A stretch of DNA of 63,985 nt, counting the filler, from Collodictyon triciliatum (Eukaryota): assembly GCA_043381765.1 (NCBI GenBank). It is 6 parts of 6 records of this genome, joined end to end, with 100 filler letters (N's around TTAATTAATTAA, not from the genome) between each part and the next. Parts side by side here need not be neighbours in the genome. Positions count along the whole stretch, not along the records: positions 1 to 6,369 come from JBHJMP010000781.1; positions 6,470 to 13,712 come from JBHJMP010000783.1; positions 13,813 to 27,849 come from JBHJMP010000784.1; 3 more parts are not named here. The stretch is one strand, 5' to 3'. The position numbers were made by a program, and so were the translations under genes. This document shows positions 1-14,054 of this stretch, in pieces; position 1 is the stretch's first letter, and every line of letters starts with the position of its first letter. A model generated the notes under the pieces. The model saw only the letters and a program-made list of their open reading frames with translations. It ran no database searches and was not told the DNA's origin.

Positions 1-382
1 TTGTTTTTTGTTTTTNNNNNNNNNNNNNNNNNNNNNNNNNNNNNNNNNNNNNNNNNNNNNNNNNNNNNNNNNNNNNNNNNNNNTTTTTTGGTTTTTTGTT
101 TATGGTTTTTTGTTTTTCGTTTTTTGTTTTTCGTTTTTTGTTTTTTTCTTTTTTCTTTTTTTGTTTTTTGTTATGTCAGATGATGAGACTTGGAAAGTTG
201 CGACGATAGACCGCCTTCGGGTCGTGTTTGACAGCAAAGAAAGTAGAAAAAGCAAAAACAAGAAAAAGAAAAAGAAAAAAAAGAAAAAAAAAAGGAAAAG
301 GGAAAACGTCGAGCATAATGACAAGACGCACTTCTCCAGGGCCCGGCCGAACGTGGCAGCAAAGGCCATCTTGTGAATGCAT

Positions 383-935
383 TTATTGGGACGCTTTAGC
401 TTCGGCAGCAGCAGAGACATCGCCGGAGTTTTCGACATGGACGGTGTATCCAGACTTTTTGAGGAACTCAACCACGTCAAACTCTTCCATTTCCTGCTTG
501 GCTTTGTCTGCTTTGCTGTGTGTGACGCTGAGTCGCTCAATCGTGTCCTTCTCCAGGATGGTGCCTTCGGTGTGGATCATTGGGTCCCACTGGCCTTGGA
601 TGCTTGGGTTGCTGTGGAATGATGATCGATGATTGATGATTGATGGTATTGTTATTACTATTGTTATTATTATTGTTATTATTATTGTTATTATTATTGT
701 TCTTATTATTGTTCTTATTATTGTTCTTANNNNNNNNNNNNNNNNNNNNNNNNNNNNNNNNNNNNNNNNNNTTATTATTATTGTTATTATTATTGTTATT
801 ATTATTGTTATTATTATTGTTATTATTATTGTTATTACTAGTATTATTATATTTATTATTATCATCATCTAGTTACCCAATATTAAATTCATATAATGAT
901 TGTCTTTGAATGGGTTCAAAGGTCAAGAATGTGCC
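383..935 (-). CDS. Possible additional 3' exons of the DYRK gene (or the end of another gene)
   Basis: Two phase-compatible exons (about 935-877 and 613-383) read GTFLTFEPIQRQSLYEFNIG-NPSIQGQWDPMIHTEG...AKASQ*. Joining them to the kinase needs a weak GTCTAG donor near 1025. Confidence 0.4.
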
Positions 936-1008
936 TTAATCGTGCGCCTTTAAAAAATGCCAATAGCATGGGTATCCATAGTCATTTATTATCAGATGCA
1001 ACACGAGC

Positions 1009-2261
1009 TTAGTTCGCTACTAGACCATCTTCAAAGTCCTCACAATCTGGCAAAATCGTATCTGCATTCCCGCATCTGTTTTCCTCGTTGCTGCCGCAGC
1101 TACTGCTATCACCAAAGTATTCCCGCTCATGCAAAATGCCTTCAATCGCTGCTTCGTCGCCATCTTGCGCAGACTTTGAATCGGCCGTGCTTTCTTTGTG
1201 GCTTTCATTACTAGTGTTGCTTTTGTCGTCTTCTTCGTTCTTGTGGATTTGAATTACAGGCTGGTAAAAAATCTCGTGGTCATTATCTTCCACCTATTTT
1301 GCAAAGAGATGGAGTTGTAGTTTATAGTATATGATTCATTCGTTTCTCTATCTTTTTCTTTTACATTTCTTTTTTATTTTCTTTGATTTATATTTCATTT
1401 ATATCTGATTTTTTCTCTACTGAAATAAGTATTCACCTGCAACCATGGGTGCAACAAAGCTTCTGATGCAGTTGGCCTATCAAATAAAGTGGTGTTTGGT
1501 TGAATACATCTTTTCATCAATTTTCATTTTCTTTGAAAAGAAATTATTTCTCTATGAAGAGGTGGTTCAAACCTTTCTGATGGATGGATGCGCAGTAAGG
1601 AGTGAACAAACGTGTACATTTCTCTATTAGGTGCGCGAAGTCTGTGCGCAAGAGTTGTATATTTTGGGTAATACAATCTACATGCAAGATTAATTATGGG
1701 TTGTACTACTTATATGCTGATAACCTTAAGTGAATGAGAGAAAGGAAACCAATCTACTAAAATAGCCAAAGGGCTTTGCATTTGTTAAAACTTCAATTAC
1801 AGATAGTAGATGTAACTAAATCTATGTTGGATTAAAAAAAATACAATGCGTTAATACTTTATCGCCCTTTGATCTGTACGTTCCTCATACAACGTGTAAT
1901 CCCTTGTGAAGAATCGCTTGGTTTGAATCCCACGCTTGAGCATTTCCATTGGTATCGGTCCTGAAGTGAAGATAAAAAAAATTATCAGGAGCCCGCTAAT
2001 ACCTGAGCGAAGGGATTATAAATTATCAAATGTCTTGTTGGGTTAATAAATTGTTATTGATAGAAATAGTTATTGATCAAAAAAAAAAAAAAAAGAGGGA
2101 TGGCCGGTTAAATCTATGAATAAAAAAAAAAGAAATAAAAAACAAAAAATTGCACTATTTTNNNNNNNNNNNNNNNNNNNNNNNNNNNNNNNNNNNNNNN
2201 NNNNNNNNNNNNNNNNNNNNNNNNNNNNNNNNNNNNNNNNNNNNNNNNNNNNNNNNNNNNN

Positions 2262-2360
<99 letters not shown>

Positions 2361-3845
2361 AGTGATGACCGGTTAAATCTATGAATGAACAAACAAGTGA
2401 TAGAAAAGCATAAATTGCTCTATTTTCCTACCCAAAATTGACATTAGCCGAGCCAATAATGTTTGTATGGACGTATTTTGGAATAAAACTGAGCCTGTGA
2501 ATAGCTCCGAGATAATGCACCCGACTGACCAAACGTCAATTGCGAATCCATAGGGAAATCCAATAATAACCTATTTAGTTGACATGTATCTAGCTAATCA
2601 TTATTTTGATAAAAAAAAAATTCTGACGTTTAAATTTGATTCAATACTTTCTGCTTGAAAGAAAAACGTCTGGATTTTTATATTTGATCGAATTTAAAAG
2701 CGAAAGAACGAGAATAAAAATGGAGTTTGACTTACCTCGGGAGCACGGTATGACCGAGATTGTACATAGGATGTATGGAAGTCGTTTGTGAAGCAGCTGG
2801 ACCCAAAATCTATGAGCTTCACATTACACCTGAATCAGACGAAAGAAATATGGTATTTAATGTTTAAATTCTACCGGCATCATTGCCTGGAAAGAATTAT
2901 AGCTGTCAATAGGTTTCTTGTCGTTTAAAAAAAAATAGGGAAGGTTCAAAAACATGGAAATGCTGCTCAGCAGTATATTTTCAGGCTTCAAATCGCAGTG
3001 TATAATGTTGAGGCTGTGAAGATACGCGAGGGCTGACAGTATTTGCCTACGGCATCAAAATAAGATTAAACCCCCTTTTTCAATTTAGCTACATGCTAAA
3101 ATTAAGAAAATATTATGTTGATCACTAAGTGCAAATTCATATACTTGGACATCAGATTAAGTGTCTCGCTAACGTTACAACATTGAAAATGAGAACTCTG
3201 AAGAAAAAAAAAATTGATAGTATCAGACCGTGAAATTCGACGAAGACGAGGCGCAGTATAATAACTAGGAAGTTTGTTGTCCTGGTGGTATTTCATGAAG
3301 TCATAGAGATTGTATTTGAGAAGTTCCATGCTGAGGAATAAATGCTCTTTGTAGTAAAAGTACTCTATGAAATGATGGCGTCAATTACAATGTCCATATG
3401 ATCAATATATAAATGGAACAACATAAATAACACTGAATTAAATCAAAAAATTAGCTGCGGTTCCTGTAAAGAACTTATCACTCACCAAACAATCTGACTA
3501 TGTGGTGCCGGTCGGTGGGGTCATTTGTGTTAATCATTCGAAGCAATTTGATTTCATCTAAACTTTGGTCGACAAAGCTCTTTTTATTTCGAACAATTTT
3601 GATGCATACCTAACAAGTGTGTCATTGAGAAAATCATGTAACATGTCATGTGTTAAGGCAATCATTTAAACGTTGACCATAATATACCATGATTCCAGTT
3701 TGCATATCTAAGCACTTCACCGCCCGACTGAAGGCAGCAGAGCCCAAGTATTCAATAATTTGGTACCGAGCGGCAATCACTCGCCCTGGAATAATTTCAA
3801 AATCTTCACTGGCTTCAAACCCGGTTCTGTCCACTTCATAAACAA

Positions 3846-3944
<99 letters not shown>

Positions 3945-6134
3945 GATGGTAAGAATAAGAATGAAAATAACATTGTTAAAAAAATTCGGAAATCTTGGAA
4001 GAGTGAGAATAATCTATTGAATCTGGAATAAAAAGAAGAGTAAATAACAATAGATTCATAAAAAAAAATAATTGTTTTGCCTATGAAACAAAAAACCCGA
4101 ATGTATTGGCTTTAAATTTTGGTAATGCGCAGATACAACACAGCACTTTTAACATGTACGAACCAAGTGTCGCGCTAGACATATCCATAAGATCTGATAA
4201 TTCGTCAGTGGAGCATTCTTCTGCATCGAGCGATTCGACGATTTGTTTGATTTGAATCTTTTTGAACTCCTTTAGGCCTAGCATATCTACATTCGAGTCT
4301 GGACATGCAATTCCGTCTTGATAAAATACCGCTGTTGTATCGTCATCTTTGGGAGCTTCGTCATCAAAATCAAAGTGCTCAATCAACTCTCGATTTGGGT
4401 TTGACCAACTCTTCTTAACCCCGAATTCTGGTGAAAAAGGATTTATTGGTTCGTTTCTTGCAAATATAATGCCAAGGAATGCCATTTTCAACAATATTTT
4501 TTTTAAAAAAAAAAATCAGGGCCACAATTGCTAGCAACAAATATAAGGAACCTGATACATCGACCCTTTGAGTTAGGTATCCACAATCGTCATCATCCAC
4601 CCAATCGTCCGAATCTAGATTGAGCAGACTTTCAATAATAATAACAGTTCGGCATTCTCACTAAAAGGATTTGTATTGTATCTTGTCTCGAATTGCTGTT
4701 TCAAATAGGTGACGTTTTAAACAATAACTAAATAAATAAAAAGTGCCAGTTTCAGATTGAGGTATGTAATAGCTTATTTCTTTCTCATTTTGGTGAATAT
4801 CTATATATATATATATAATCATAGAAATAAAAGCCAATATTGAACTATTAGGGAATAGAAGATTATGGCGTATATAAATTTTTTGCATAGAATATATTTG
4901 AAAATGGTTTGATAATCGAGCACACGAACACAGGGAGGCGAAAATAAAATAAAAAATTTGAAAAAGACTCTAAAATATAACCTTCATATTTTTCTAGAGC
5001 ATTATCGATTCTTTATGTATTCAAAAATATGAATTAATGACTTGTGGTAAGAGATGACATATGTTTTCATATTTCATCTTCATCGATCATATAAAAAAAA
5101 TACGCATGTGTGAGGAATCTTTCCTCCAATTTTTCGGAACGTGCGATAGTTGACTTTGGAAGAAGTCCTGGGGTATTCGAGCCTTGCTATAGAGGAGACT
5201 TTGGTGATAGAATGATTGCCTCTGACTCTATTTCGTGGCTCAAGTCCAAAAACTTTTCAATCAAGGCTTCATTGGATAGATTCTTTTTTCCGGAAGTACT
5301 TGTTTTCATCACAGGCAAACTCTTTGGCGAATTAACCGGAGTTTTTTCGATGGATTCAATGGTATCCATACTAGTAAAGTTGCTATCTACATAGGTATTA
5401 TTATTTTGAGTTGAATTATACAATTTGTTAAAAAAAATTACAAATTATGTCATATTTCGTTTCTCTCGTTATAAAGATCATTTGAATGTGTTGACTCTTT
5501 GTTTTGGCCCCTTTTTTTTTTTTTTCTTTTTTTTTTTTTTNNNNNNNNNNNNNNNNNNNNNNNNNNNNNNNNNNNNNNNNNNNNNNNATTCAGCTTCTAG
5601 CTTAAATTTGAATCTTGACCTCACAAGAAGCTCTGCGAATATTATGTTATAAAGTATTAGAGTATAAAATTTCATCATCACGAGCATCAGAAACAATATT
5701 TTTGCAATCTTTTCGATTAGACTGTAAATTTGAATATATGCATAAGAATAAGGATTGTAAACGCATTAAAAACAATACAGAGTCTTTGTGATGCTCAAAA
5801 ATTACTGATATGACAATCATAATTCATAACTCATAATTCATATTGCGAAGATATCAAAGAATAAATTGGATAGTACTATGTAATTCGGTCTGTCCTAGAC
5901 GATGGGAAGGCTCCGTCTCCTCTATTGAAGAAGCAGTTTTACCATTGGTACAAAAAAAAAAATGTAAACCCTGTGTGATGTCGTATAAGCAATACCCAGT
6001 TTGTGTGATATGATCTGGTTCAGCTTCCCCCAGTCACGGCTCTTGAAAAAGTCCATAATAGCAAGAATAGGAAAGTCGTCAGTCTCTACTCCATCCTCTC
6101 CGTCATGATCGCTTCGTAGTATTCTTGATTCCAT
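1009..6134 (-). CDS. DYRK-family protein kinase, plant-type DYRKP-like (multi-exon)
   Basis: Minus-strand exons read [39 protein letters not shown] / [23 protein letters not shown] / [13 protein letters not shown] / [23 protein letters not shown] / IDVWSVGCI / [13 protein letters not shown]. The LGSAAFS glycine loop and RTGFE motif are typical of DYRKP. Start ATG at 6134 is inferred. Confidence 0.9.
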
Positions 6135-6331
6135 TCCCAAAAGCTTTCCTTCTCTTTTTCTTTCTGTGGCTTACTTTTCTCCTGAAAACTACGCGGGAAT
6201 AATAAAATGAATAATTACTTTGTGACCTTTGCGGGGTTGTGCAGGAAAGAAAAGTAAAAGAAAAGGGCTGCTTGTTTGATTTTTGAAACGCAGCGCTAAT
6301 TTTCTTTTCTTTTCTTTTCTTTTCTTTTCCT

Positions 6332-6369
<38 letters not shown>

Positions 6370-6469
6370 NNNNNNNNNNNNNNNNNNNNNNNNNNNNNNN
6401 NNNNNNNNNNNNNTTAATTAATTAANNNNNNNNNNNNNNNNNNNNNNNNNNNNNNNNNNNNNNNNNNNN
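6370..6469. other. Artificial scaffold linker (Ns + TTAATTAATTAA, stop codons in all six frames)
   Basis: The same 12-mer sits inside a 100-nt N block five times: 6414, 13757, 27894, 42377 and 62291. Confidence 0.97.
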
Positions 6470-7047
6470 GTTTTATTGTTTTATTGTTTTATTGTTTTAT
6501 TGTTTTATTGTTTTATTGTTTTATTGTTTTATTGTTTTATTGTTTTTGTTTTTGTTTTTGTTTTTGTTTTTGTTTTTTTGAAGGTGAATAAGCATACATC
6601 CGAGTTGGAAGGACGTTGAGTTTTTGCTGCTTCGCCGACATGCCTTTCGAACCTGCGCAAAACTTTTCTCAAAAACATTCTCTTGCAAAAAAAAAAATCT
6701 CGAACGAAGAAAAAGAGAGAAAAGAAAAAGGACAAAAAAAAGATAGAAAAGAGAAAAAAAAGAAAAAGGACTAGAAAAGGTAAAAGAAAGCTGGTTTTGA
6801 TGGATGTTACAATCTGAGATGAATCAAGCATCGGCCAAAACCAAAAGTCATAAAACAATCCGTTGCGCTTTAATCGATATCAAGCGCAAAATGAATATTC
6901 AAAGAGACTGAATGGTAAGAACTTCAGGAATGCTCGTATGAAAATAAAAGGATGAATACTGAAAAAAGAAAAAAAAAGGAAAAGAAAAAAGGAAAAAAGA
7001 AGCAGAAAAACACAACCCACCCAAACAACGCGGCACCCAGGAGAGCC

Positions 7048-10000
7048 ATGTACAAAGCCAAAGCCACGCTACTCCGAACACTCAGCCAGGCGAGCGGACA
7101 AAGCGCCCCAGCCGCAGCACAACCGCCTCAAAGCCCGAGTCGACCTCCACAAACACCCAACTCGAAAAGGCCGCATCCCGGCGCACATCTCCGCATCAAC
7201 ACACAGATTGGCGCAACGCCCGAGGCTCAAAGCACATTCAACAGGAGCCCAACAGCAAACCGCAAAGCATCGGCCCCAATTTCCAGCAGCGGCCCGAGTC
7301 TGCGGAGTGCAACGCCTTCAGGGAAGTCTACACCGCATGGAACAAACACAGCACAGACTCCCAATCGGCGGTCGCAGCGCTCGTTCAGCGTTTCGCACCG
7401 GAGAATGTCGCAGCCGGTCACGCACGTTCGCTCGGACGCCGATGTAAACGCACATCTCGAGTTCTTCACGGCCAATCCGTCGCTTCTGAGTTTTGCAAGA
7501 CGCGCATCAGGTGTGGCATCGGCAGCTGGAGACACACAGTCGCATCAAAGTAGTCGCTTTCGTGCAAAGTCCAAGGCAATTGCAAAGCTTGTTTCGCCAT
7601 CCACGCCCACACGCGAAGGCCACAATGATTTGTCGCTGGATGCTGCTACTCCGGGTGCGAGTGGCAGCCGGAAAAAGTCCACGCGCATTTTGTATTCGAT
7701 GAGTGATGAGTCTGAGTCTTCAGCCAGCAGCTTCGATGTTGATCTGCCTGATATGGAATGGGATGATGATGATGTTGTTGTTGACGGTGATGATGACGAG
7801 TATTATGCTCGGAAGAAGAAGGTAAATCGGGCCATCATCGTCATTCCGCAAAGGCGTCACGTTCCAGATGCTGTCCAGGAGGATGGTATAGTTTTGCAAC
7901 GATTCTGTCGAGATTTGATCAGTATTGCAAACCGCACAGAGACTCTCATCAAATCCATGGATGAATCTATGAATCTTTGCGAGATGCGCTCGTGGGTCGA
8001 CCAAGTCTTGATAGACTGTCCAGATCCGAATAAATCTGCATGCAGGACGCAAAAGGACAGGGACAATCCCACAGCTGAACCAACTTCCAGTTGTAGCGAG
8101 ACACTTCTCCCTGCATCCACACTCGTTTCAAATGAAGAGCACTTGGATTATAATGTTAAACTTTCAGATATCACAAAGGATGCTCCTATGATTTCCACAA
8201 CTAAAACTGATGAAAGTATCCAACTGCAAAACATAATACTTTCAGAATCGGCTGTCAAAACACATCCCACCATGTTAAGTCAGGCTTTGCGCAACACCAT
8301 CATTTCAAATTCAATCCAAAAGCTCATTTTGTCTCCAACTTTGTCGGCTGCTTCATCATCTGGCTCAAATAAGGCTGACTTTTTCATCACCGAACAACCC
8401 CAACTTCCAGTTACCCAGACAAATACTGATCCAGAAGGCTCCAAGGGGCTTTCACCAGGGATGCCCTCCATTATCTTGAGCAGGAGAAACTCATTTCGAT
8501 CTGTCAATCTGTCCCAGCCGATAGGGATTGGTTTGTCTGGTAGCGGCAGACTTTCAAGAGCAGACTCTCTAAAAAATAGTGACTTCGATCAACTTTCAGG
8601 CAAACCCTCGAGTCAGGCACAATCTCCCAGCTCCACACCCAAACAAACTACAAACTACATGAATCTTTTATCTGGTGTGGCGCACTCCATTCCCCAGTTG
8701 ACTTACAAGCTACCATTATCACAATCAAGACTTGGGAACAGCGGAGATGAGCAAGAAGAAGAAACGAATGAAATGCAATCTTCGAACAAAGGAGGATCTG
8801 AATCTGTCTCGATATCGCCATCTGCATCTGTGCCCATGGAAATGTCCTCAAACGGTCAGAATTCAAGGCCTCAATCACCAACATCTGCTTCCACGAATAC
8901 AAACACAACCTCTTCCTTCCCATCACCGAGACAGATATCCCGTCCATTTACGCAGCCGGAAGCTCATATTGCACATTCGGATTTAGGCCTAGACGTGGCA
9001 TCCCTTCGTCGCAGTGTAAGTTTATGATCTTTACTTTCTCTATTTCCTTTTCCTTTTCCTTTTCCTTTTCTTTTCCTTTTTCTTTTCCTTTTTCTTTTCC
9101 TTTTTCTTTTCCTTTTTCTTTTCCTTTTTCTTTTCCTTTTTCTTTTTCTTTTTCTTTTTCTTTTTCTTTTTCTTTTTCTTTTTCTTTTTCTTTTTCTTTT
9201 TCTTTTTCTTTTTCTNNNNNNNNNNNNNNNNNNNNNNNNNNNNNNNNNNNNNNNNNNNNNNNNNNNNNNNNNNNNNNNNNNNNNNNNNNNNNNNNNNNNN
9301 NNNNNNNNNNNNNNNTTTTCTTTTTTCTTTTTTCTTTTTTCTTTTTTCTTTTTTCTTTTTTCTTTTTTCTTTTTTCTTTTTTCTTTTTTCTTTTTGTTTC
9401 TATATGTATTTATGTGTTCTGGGTTTAAATCTAACACCTTCACCAAATATTTTCCTTTATTCGATTCAGAGAACACCTTCACCAAATACGTTCTTTTTTT
9501 CGTCTCAAGAGCCTAAATCCAAGAGTTAATGCATGCATGCTCGTACAATTACTTAGTATACTTCATGTGTTCAAGCAGCATTTACGTGAAATTAACTTAA
9601 TTAAAATATTAGTCATGTTCCCCAAATCGTCTTGGTGCATTAAAGGTTCGAAAAAATACTCATATACTTCATCAATATATATCATAAACTTAGGTTCGGA
9701 AGCCTTCTATTCCTGTCATTATCTAGTTTTTGTTTCATTGATTCCCCTTCGTTCAATAATAAGGACTTGAAAACGATGTCTCGCTCCTTGAGCTACAACA
9801 AAGCCAGAAGGCAGCTTGAGATAACAGAAAATTTGCTTGATTTTGTCCCATGTATGTACCCACTCTTTTAGTTCCAGAATCCTGAGATGAATTTCATGCA
9901 ATTTATTTGATTTTAAATGATGTACTTGAACGAAAATACATGTATTTACAACTTCTCGGTCATATTTGTATGTAACAAATATCTCGCCTTATTATAATTT

Positions 10001-12092
10001 GCATGAAGCTCAAGGCACAGAGGAGGATACAGAATCATGCGACGATATGCAAGGACTTGGAAAAAAGAAAGTTAAGAAGCCAACTCAACAAAGCCCATCC
10101 ACAGACCCCGTCTTACAAAGGATTCACGTCAACGCCAGGAGCCGCGTATGCTGCCTAGTATATCTGTGATTATATAGCTCAACTAGCTGATTCACCATAA
10201 AATGCATTCCACCCAGGCCTATCTCAAATCTCCCATCCATGATGTGAATACAGAAGAAACTCCTAAAGAAAAGCTCCCAGATGGAAAGATTATGGTATTT
10301 TGATATATCTTATTATATTGACTAATGAATTTACATTTCAACTATGGTTCGATAATTCAAAACGAATACTTGCATAAAAATTCATTACATGATAAACTTA
10401 TATACAGAATTTGTTGCGTGGTCGTCAAATATATCGGTGGCTGCAGCAAAGAAAAAAAGGCGCGGTAAAGTTGCGACCGAGTGACGCTGTTGTGAAAAAT
10501 TTCAGAGACTTATTTGACCAACTCGATGAAGGAAAGAAAGGTTCACCATTTTCCATTATAATCTTCTCTTTTTTCTTTTTTCTTTTTTCTTTTTTCTTTT
10601 TTCTTTTTTCTTTTTTCTTTTTTCTTTTTTCTTTTTTCTTTTTTCTTTTTTCTTTTTTCTNNNNNNNNNNNNNNNNNNNNNNNNNNNNNNNNNNNNNNNN
10701 NNNNNNNNNNNNNNNNNNNNNNNNNNNNNNNNNNNNNNNNNNNNNNNNNNNNNNNNNNNNCTCTCTTTTCTTCTCTCTTTTCTTCTCTCTTTTCTTCTCT
10801 CTTTTCTTCTCTCTTTTCTTCTCTCTTTTCTTCTCTCTTTTCTTCTCTCTTTTCTTCTCTCTTAACCGAAATTATATGAATATATATGTTGAGCATAATA
10901 TAGCAACATGCTTTGATGAATGCTAGTCATATGTTTGAATTAAGATTTATCATGATAGGACTCATCCCTGTTGAAAATCTGCAGAAGTTGTTGCAGGGTT
11001 CTGGCATGCCTAGCTCTGCTGTGGTGAAGTAAAAAATAAATTACATATCAAACATATTGTTTATAATTATGTGAAAGAGTTTTTATAAAGCAATAGTAAC
11101 TACTTTCATATAACAGAGTAATTGAGGAGGTTGATAAGGACGGAAGTGGTGCCATTGATTTCAACGAGTTTTTAGCTGCAATGGTCCGTGTCAATGAGGA
11201 TGATAGTGCGGTTTTGTCTCAACTAAGACACATTTGTTCATATTTACATGTCGAATTACGCCGAGATAACCCAAAGAAATCCAATATTCTCATAAATTAT
11301 GACTCTAGGTAGCGATTCGTATCAGAGCGCACTATTGTTCCCGATTCTTGTCACCACATTCACCAGGTATGGTGCAGAACTATCGAAGGGGGAAATTCCT
11401 TTTACAACAAAGCTAATTAGACATTGAATTGATTCACAAAGGGGAAAAAATGAGCAAAAATAGTGAATTATTATATCATTTTAATACATTGAAGCCAGAC
11501 TCATTTGACCTCTTTACGTGAAGGAGGAGGCATATGGAGTCCGTGATGAGTCGAGGAACTCGCCAGGTCTGTTTCTTTTTTATTTTATTTTACTTTATTT
11601 TGGGTTTTGGGTTTTGGGTTTTGGGTTTTGGGTTTTGGGTTTTGGGTTTTGGGTTTTGGGTTTTGGGTTTTGGGTTTTGGGTTTTGGGTTTTGGGTTTTG
11701 TTTTATTGAATTTGCTATTATAATACTCGGGTAATATCAACGCGTTATGACAGAACGTCGATGGAATTTGGGATGTACCGGCGCCCATTCCCACTAACTT
11801 GGTCACACCAACAAAGAAGCAGTCGTTATCAAGAAATCACGGAGGTGAGTGGGAGATAGGACAATTCAAGATATATCCCATCTACAATACTGACACACAC
11901 AAACACCCCGAACCGAAACAGAACTGCAATTCAGCTCAATCATCCAACATATTCCATTTTCTTCCCTTTTGCAAATCAGTTGGCATCGGAATCGGCCTCG
12001 GAGTCGGTGGGAAGTCACCCGCCTCACCAGCACGGCGGCCAAACACGTCCAGCTCTTTCATGACAACACCGTCTTCAGCAGACGATTTTTGA
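7048..12092 (+). CDS. Ser/Pro-rich protein with C-terminal EF-hand pair (multi-exon)
   Basis: A long low-complexity first exon (ATG 7048 to GTAAGT at about 9016) is followed by exons FRDLFDQLDEGKKG / LIPVENLQKLLQGSG / VIEEVDKDGSGAIDFNEFLAAM, the last a canonical EF-hand loop. Probable last exon ends ..SSADDF* at 12092. Confidence 0.7.
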
Positions 12093-12693
12093 TTATCACT
12101 CACGCGCTGTGATGCCTCCCGTTGCATCTGTTTAAGCTAAATTGCATCGAGCTCATCCCAACTCTCGTTTCCAACGAAATGTAAATCTATACAATAAACT
12201 TGAATATCCCATATAATCGATGCGCTAGCAGGAGCTGTTTGTTTACAGTAAGAAGCAATTAAATCTTTTGACTATGAAATATGATTGGTATATCTGAATA
12301 TCACTTGGTTGTTTCTGTTTCTGTTTCGTTTTTTTTTTTTACATACGACGCAATAACAAAATCGGAGTATTTGTACTGTTATTCTCTGCTCCTTTATGAA
12401 CTGCTTTTATTTGGGTTTATATTACATTGTGGAGAACGATCCTATGCAGAGAAAAATAATTTCATGACGGGTATGAATTTGTTTATTTCATCTTGTATCT
12501 TTTCCTTTCGTTGGGGAACGAAAAAATAGGGGGAGGGGTGGGGGTGGGGCGTGAGGCATCGCTGGGAGGACGAAACAAAAGGGAAAAAGAAAGGGAGGGG
12601 CGGTTTTTTTTTCTTTGTGTGGAGGCAGAGACTTGAAAGAGGTCGTTGTCAATCCTTCGTCTGCAAACATGCTTTTTGTCGGATACTTTGTCT

Positions 12694-12849
12694 TTACGCT
12701 TTCTTAGGCTTGGGGCGATCTCGGGAGGCCAGCTTTCCAAAGAAGTAGCCCAGGGTGAACGTGATAACGAGGTAGAGAATCACAACCATCCCAACTTCTT
12801 GCCAGCGACTGAACGTCAAGTCTACGATGATCCCTGTGTCGCTGCTCAT
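12694..12849 (-). CDS. 51-aa single-pass membrane microprotein (below the ORF-track cutoff)
   Basis: MSSDTGIIVDLTFSRWQEVGMVVILYLVITFTLGYFFGKLASRDRPKPKKA*. One hydrophobic helix, a basic tail and coding-like composition. Confidence 0.6.
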   Translation of the reverse strand: MSSDTGIIVDLTFSRWQEVGMVVILYLVITFTLGYFFGKLASRDRPKPKKA

Positions 12850-13712
12850 TTTAACCTTGCCTATTTAAGTGAGGTTGCAGATGAGAGAAGTTCTCTAGCA
12901 AGATCATGAAAAACGCCGCATCGGCAGACAACTCTTTCTGAGTCATCCCGATCCAACGAAGGGCTGATTCATCAGAACACACAGACAAGCGCAAATAGGT
13001 TGCACAAATTTTGAAGACCAGAGGGTGCGAGCTAATGGAAAGATTGGTAAATCTGGTTAGCTAGTTTTTTTTTCTTTTCTTTCCGGTTTCCCTTCAGTTT
13101 ATTAGCATGATGGAGAAGAGATTGATGGGATATGGCTTGGTAGGTCGCATGCCGAAGGTAGGGGTGCTCTTACGAAGGGGTGTGTGGGAGACCATTAATG
13201 GCCAGAGGTGTGGGGTGCATGGGGAATCTTCCAAGGAGGGCAGGAATGGATGAGAGGGTGGGCAGTTATGTCGGGGTATGTTAGTTGTGGGTTCGAAGCT
13301 GGGCGTAGATACGGTATCTTTGACCTCATTGGGAGGCGCTCTGTTGGTGGCGTCTCATTCTTCAAGATACTCGAGTGGTGTGTTTCAACGCCCAGCGAAG
13401 CACATCCCGTCTGCCCTAGGTTGGGTGTAACTGAAGGCTCAGGAAATGCATGATTCAGAGCTGGAATCACACACATTGCAAGAACTAAAAATCAATAAGT
13501 TTATATTCCATCTAAGTATAAAAGACATTGAATTTCATTTCTGGAATTGTTGAGATGCATTGCAAGGACAAGCCAAGATCTGATTCACGCTTCGCGCTCG
13601 AGATCGGGAATGTGCGAAGAAGGGATATGATTTCCGTCGACCCTGTACAGATGGCAACCCAAGGCGCCAGGAAGAAAAAGATGACATACAAGCAGGTTAT
13701 GAACAGGAGCAG

Positions 13713-13812
13713 NNNNNNNNNNNNNNNNNNNNNNNNNNNNNNNNNNNNNNNNNNNNTTAATTAATTAANNNNNNNNNNNNNNNNNNNNNNNNNNNNNNNN
13801 NNNNNNNNNNNN
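13713..13812. other. Artificial scaffold linker
   Basis: N-TTAATTAATTAA-N. Confidence 0.97.
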
Positions 13813-13988
13813 AAGAGAAAATAGAGAAAAAAGAGAAAAAAGAGAAAAAAGAGAAAAAAGAGAAAAAAGAGAAAAAAGAGAAAAAAGAGAAAAAAGAGAA
13901 AAAAGAGAAAAAAGAGAAAAAAGAGAAAAAAGAGAAAAAAGAGAAAAAAGAGAAAAAAGAGAAAAAAGAGAAAAAAGAAAGAACCCAC

Positions 13989-14054
13989 AAGACTCCCACC
14001 AGGGATAAAGTCGTTCTGAACATCGATAACAAGCAGTGACACTCGCTGGGTCAT
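13989..14054 (-). CDS. Nicotinamidase/isochorismatase-family hydrolase, first exon (rest cut off by the scaffold end)
   Basis: MTQRVSLLVIDVQNDFIPGGSL matches the PncA/PNC1 N-terminal signature LLVxDxQNDF.xGSL. A GT donor and an intronic repeat follow. Confidence 0.8.

Noticed and set aside
1-909. Poly-K/F/I/L/N ORFs here and throughout the ORF track
   Set aside because: They are translations of microsatellites and N gaps in introns or intergenic DNA.
6414-6425. Recurrent TTAATTAATTAA palindrome as a biological site
   Set aside because: It is always centred in 100-nt N blocks, so it is an assembly linker.
13195-13712. Possible 3' exons of a gene cut by the scaffold end
   Set aside because: There is a hydrophobic frame and a Pro-rich frame, but no motif or reliable splice support.
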